Positions 59,811 through 64,000 of a stretch of 64,000 nucleotides of DNA are shown here, in pieces. Made by a program: the position numbers and the translations under genes. Numbering within the stretch: the stretch's first letter is position 1; the number at the start of each line of letters is the position of its first letter. The notes below the pieces were generated by a model that made no database searches, was not told the DNA's origin, and saw nothing but the letters and a program-made list of their open reading frames with translations. Where the stretch lies: NCBI GenBank assembly GCA_030770535.1, contig JASVEC010000013.1:992001-1056000 (forward strand). The letters run 5' to 3'. Origin of the DNA: Batkoa obscura. Lineage: Eukaryota.

Positions 59811-59926
59811 ACTACACTAAAAACCACTTTCTTTTAAACCTTTCGTTGCCTTTATTTAGTGAATTCCAAAAATAATTTACTAAATAAAGGCATAAAAAGG
59901 ATAAGAAAAACGACTTCTGGTGTAGT
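59811..59926. repeat. Palindromic MITE-like hairpin
   Basis: actacac...gtgtagt ends, with inner arms tgcctttatttagtgaatt / aatttactaaataaaggca. Confidence 0.65.
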
Positions 59927-61173
59927 AAAATAGCTTGAAATAAAAATTTACTCTGAAGTTATAAATATTTAGTATTAATATCTTTGGTTTATTTTTAATA
60001 ATTAAAGAGTTTTTTTGTATTTTTAAATATAGTTATAGGTTTATAAAAGCGGTTTTTAAGGTGACATATATTTAAATAATAACTTTAAGTTAAACAAAAT
60101 AATTATAAATTAGTTTGTTCATTTATAGTATATTGAATTGCAACAAAAAATGGCTATTAGTTTTAGACAGCCATTCAAATGTATTATTTTCAATAACAAT
60201 ACAACATTTATTCGGCCAATTTACCGAACAGAAAGGATTTGGCTTAGGATGAACAACCTTATAATGCAAGTTTAGCAATTGCTTCTATAAAAATATTTGA
60301 TTGTATATTAATAGACTAAATCACAATAAATCCTAACTTTAACTAGGTAAAGCAAGTGGTAAGCTATCATATCAACCTTGGTATTAGTTTTAAAAAAACC
60401 TTATTGCTTACTTTATCCCAATATAGCCATATACTTTCTAATAGTAAGGTAGACAAGCACTCTTGCAATATAATTTACTCCAGTAAAAGTGCAACAAAAC
60501 TTCCAGTCTGTGTCTTTAATAACGTTATATAATACTTTTAACCAAATGGATAATCTACCTTACTAATACCGAGATTTAACCCCATGTAATTATTATCTTT
60601 AATGACATTCAGGAAAAATAATGTGGGTATTCCAAACCCCCTGGCGTTTACTTCAACTTTTTCTTGCTTCTTATAATTTATGTTTATGTATAAAGCAAAT
60701 AAATCAAGTTGTAGTAAGTTCATTATATTCAAGGAAGACAAATAGATTAAGAAACTTATTCTCTGACGTGCAGCTATTTTATTGAATTAAATTAGAATGG
60801 TACATCTATTGAAGTAAGTATTAATCAAATTATAATTGATTAAATAGAGAAAAATTATTAATGTCTTTATGTTTTTATTATAGCGGTAATATGTTTATTA
60901 CATCATCAAAGTTTTTTTGCAAGAGTTTATAGTGAGAATGTTTGATCGATTTGACATTTTGGTCACTTTTACTCAACATAAAATATAAAAATATTATTAG
61001 ATAAATACTGAAACAGAAAATGCAATTTAGCATCTATCATTTTATGCTTAATTCTACCATGACTTTATTTTCATTAAAAAGCATTTCCATCCTTTGCTTA
61101 TCATTTTATTTTCAAACGATTTTAATGCAATTTAAAATAATATTAAGGTAAAAGGATAATAAAAAATTCAATT

Positions 61174-62892
61174 ATGAAGTTAAAGCCAAAAGTGAGGATA
61201 AGAAATAAAGTGGATCTAGTAAATTCAAAATTAGATGGAATTGATCATACATTAAATAATATACTCAAACAGCTAGATTCACATTCAAACTTAGAATTCA
61301 AACAAAAAGTAAATAGTAATCATTTTATTATTGAAGTATTTAGAGTAGGTTAAAAAGGGATTTATAATGATGAATCGAGAAGAGAGGTATAGTAATAGTG
61401 AAATTCTTGAAAAGATTTCCAATTATGAGCTTATATTACAAAAGAATGTTAATGTTAATGCCGTTTTATCACTTCTAATAACCAATGTAGCATTGAAAAA
61501 TAGTGATGCAATGAAAATAGATTACGCTTATAATCAATTTTTAAAATATAGATCTGTTTTTTTCTTAACGGTCGTAGATCCTTATAGTTTATGATTTGAT
61601 AAATTCAATTCCAAAGAGGTTTTGACAATAAAAGAACCCAATATATTATTTTATACAATAGTTGCTCTTCTTGTTCGCTTTACTCTTCCACATGGTAGTG
61701 CTATATATAAACAAATTTATAAAAATACTTTGGAGGGAATAAAGGCAGCCTTGCCTCAATCTTACTCCAATCCAGACTATAACTATGTAGTGGCCTTAGC
61801 ACTATTATCCTATATTATTGTGTCATATGTTAATTATAATCTTACTGAGCGATATTTTTTAGATGCTCTAAGGATGGCTCAATCTTTAGGTTACGATATT
61901 AATGATTCTTTATTTAGTACAATAAATGTTACATGTACAAGATATGATGAACTACTAAAAGGTAGAAACATATCGAAAACTCTTCGTCTCACTTTCATAG
62001 TTCTTTCAGCTAGTATTCCAGATATGTTTTTCATTAAATTTGAAGTCAAAGATCCCTTACCATTTGCTATTGAGAATCAAAGTAAACGTAACAATAAAAT
62101 AGATTACAAGACTGTAAGCGAGTTACCATGTGTATATATCAAAGATTATATTGAAGTGAAAGTAAAGATAACAGCTCATATACAAGAAGTCAAATAAGCT
62201 TACAAATCAATTAAAGATTATTCAAAACTACCTATCGATGCTTTACTTTTACCTCAGAATGAATTTACAAATTGTTTGGATATGTTAAAAAATTTAATTT
62301 AGGATCAAAAGTTGATAAAAGATGAAAGTTATTATACTAGAAAAGAATTAGATGGAAGAACTAATAATTATGAGCTTAATTTTAAACGATATCTTAAAGT
62401 ATTGATCCAAAATGTTACTATTATCCTATATTATCCATGTATTATCATTTATCCACAACCTATTCACTTTAAAAAGTCAAAATTAAAGCTACCATTTTAT
62501 TATTCTAATCAGATTATTACCTATTATTTAAATATTGGCTTAGATAAAAAATTAAAATCAAAAAAGTTACTAGAATACGACAATTTGATTCTAAACTTCC
62601 ATTTCAATCCAATATTAGTATCCCTTTTTATTATCAAATGTGTTATCCTTTTTTCGCACTTACTAATTTATTACATCATACTTCCAATTTATGCAAGGAG
62701 GATAGCCTGTTATTTAATGAATCCAAAATTAAATGTGTATCATTATTTCAAGAGCTTTATAGCGTATTGAAATTCAATGACAAACGACATGCTAAAGATC
62801 CCAACAATGCTTTAAATCAAATCAAATACTCTATTCATCGATCTCAGTTCCCTTCAGATTTAATAGAAGAGATAGCTATATATTTAAATTAA
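61174..62892 (+). pseudogene. Recent pseudogene of family A (tandem paralog of 57921..59673)
   Basis: Same 142-nt first exon and a damaged intron. In-frame stops at 61346, 61592, 62195 and 62300, plus a frameshift near 62570. Confidence 0.85.
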
Positions 62893-64000
62893 TTTTACTA
62901 GTTTTATTACAACAAATTTGAATCTAATATTAATTTTTATCTTTTTATTTATTTATTTATTATTATCTACTAAAATGATATATATTTATTTATATAATTT
63001 TATATTGAACTATATAAAACAACGCCTGTTTTACTACATTATATTTCATTAAATATTAGCTATTTTTGTAATGAGTTTTGAAGAAAAGAATGATTTTATA
63101 AAAAGAGAGTAGCAATAGTAAAAAGAAAATGTAATGAGGTAACAGACATCCGGTTTTTTTGAATAGACAAGGTCTAAAACTTATACTATTAATATTAATA
63201 ATTTATCCATTTTTAAACAACTTAAACTTTTAAAAAAATACAAATAGATTAATATAAAAAATGAATAAAAGAAGAGATATTATATCAATCTTGGGGTTAG
63301 TTTTAAAAAGAACTGATTATTTACTTTGTTCTAATGCAGCTCTATATCACTTTGAAACATTCAAATTTACCAACATCCCAAAGGTATATATTATTTTTAT
63401 AGAAAGTAAAATAAGCTTTAGTATTGTACTCCCAAAAACGTTAGAGCATACTTCAATCTAACTAAGTCGGACTATCTTTTAAACAGAGGCGTTGTACATA
63501 GTGATTTTCTTCAATGACATTTAGAAAAAATGCGAGCTTTTCGATTCTCTTTGACATCTACTTGAAGATTTTAATTTTTACCACATGCATTTACGAAAAA
63601 AGCAAATTAACTAAAATGTAATAAAACTTAAGCAAATAAAAATGATAAATGTAATAAAAGGTTTTTAGAAAATATTATATTTAATCTTTTTATGTTTTCA
63701 TTGTTTTGATACTTGAAAACAAGTTGCAAAAGATCATTACTAGTCTTTTTCATGAAGCTTGGACTCTGATGGACAAATATTTCACTAAAGTCAAAAAAGT
63801 TATCCGATAAGGTAATTATTTAACAAAGTATATTATTATTTAAGCAGCGAAGAGCTCAATCAAGGCTTTTATGTCTTTATTAAACCAGTAAGTCCTTTAC
63901 TATATTAATATTAATCTCCTTTCTAAATTAGAATTTAACAAAAATGCCCTTTTTTGGCTCAGTGATTTGGTCACTTTAATTTGCATAAAAACGGAAAAAT

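Noticed and set aside
60200..60760. Coding-like reverse-strand remnants (also ~57150-57330, ~39780-39860 and ~14160-14400)
   Set aside because: They are slightly GC-richer, but I recognised no motif and could not assign them.
61174..62892. Stop-codon reassignment or RNA editing to rescue the broken genes
   Set aside because: Intact genes end in TAA, TAG or TGA normally. The lesions mix different stops with frameshifts and a damaged intron, as expected from decay.

Overview
This is very AT-rich eukaryotic DNA with short (mostly 41-80 nt) GT-AG introns and fungal-type genes. It most likely comes from an early-diverging fungus (Conidiobolus/Entomophthorales-like; inference only). Housekeeping and metabolic genes: two tandem Jen1-type carboxylate transporters, a synaptobrevin, eIF1 (SUI1), dihydroorotase, NADH-glutamate synthase (GLT1), COQ5, a 12-exon cytochrome P450, a DHA2 MFS exporter and a 7TM receptor-like gene. 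These are interleaved with a fast-turnover accessory layer of three kinds. (i) An expanded family resembling the middle region of fungal Zn-cluster transcription factors but lacking a DNA-binding domain: 5 intact copies, 1 short copy and at least 5 decayed copies. (ii) Pseudogenes of XPB/SSL2, a HAD phosphatase and an F-box/LRR gene. (iii) About 16 copies of a ~99-bp MITE flanked by ATAT, with empty-site evidence inside the window, plus four other inverted-repeat elements. The eIF1 intron also carries a box C/D snoRNA whose guide matches LSU rRNA helix 69 (snR63/U46 target). All calls come from reading the sequence; no database searches were run.
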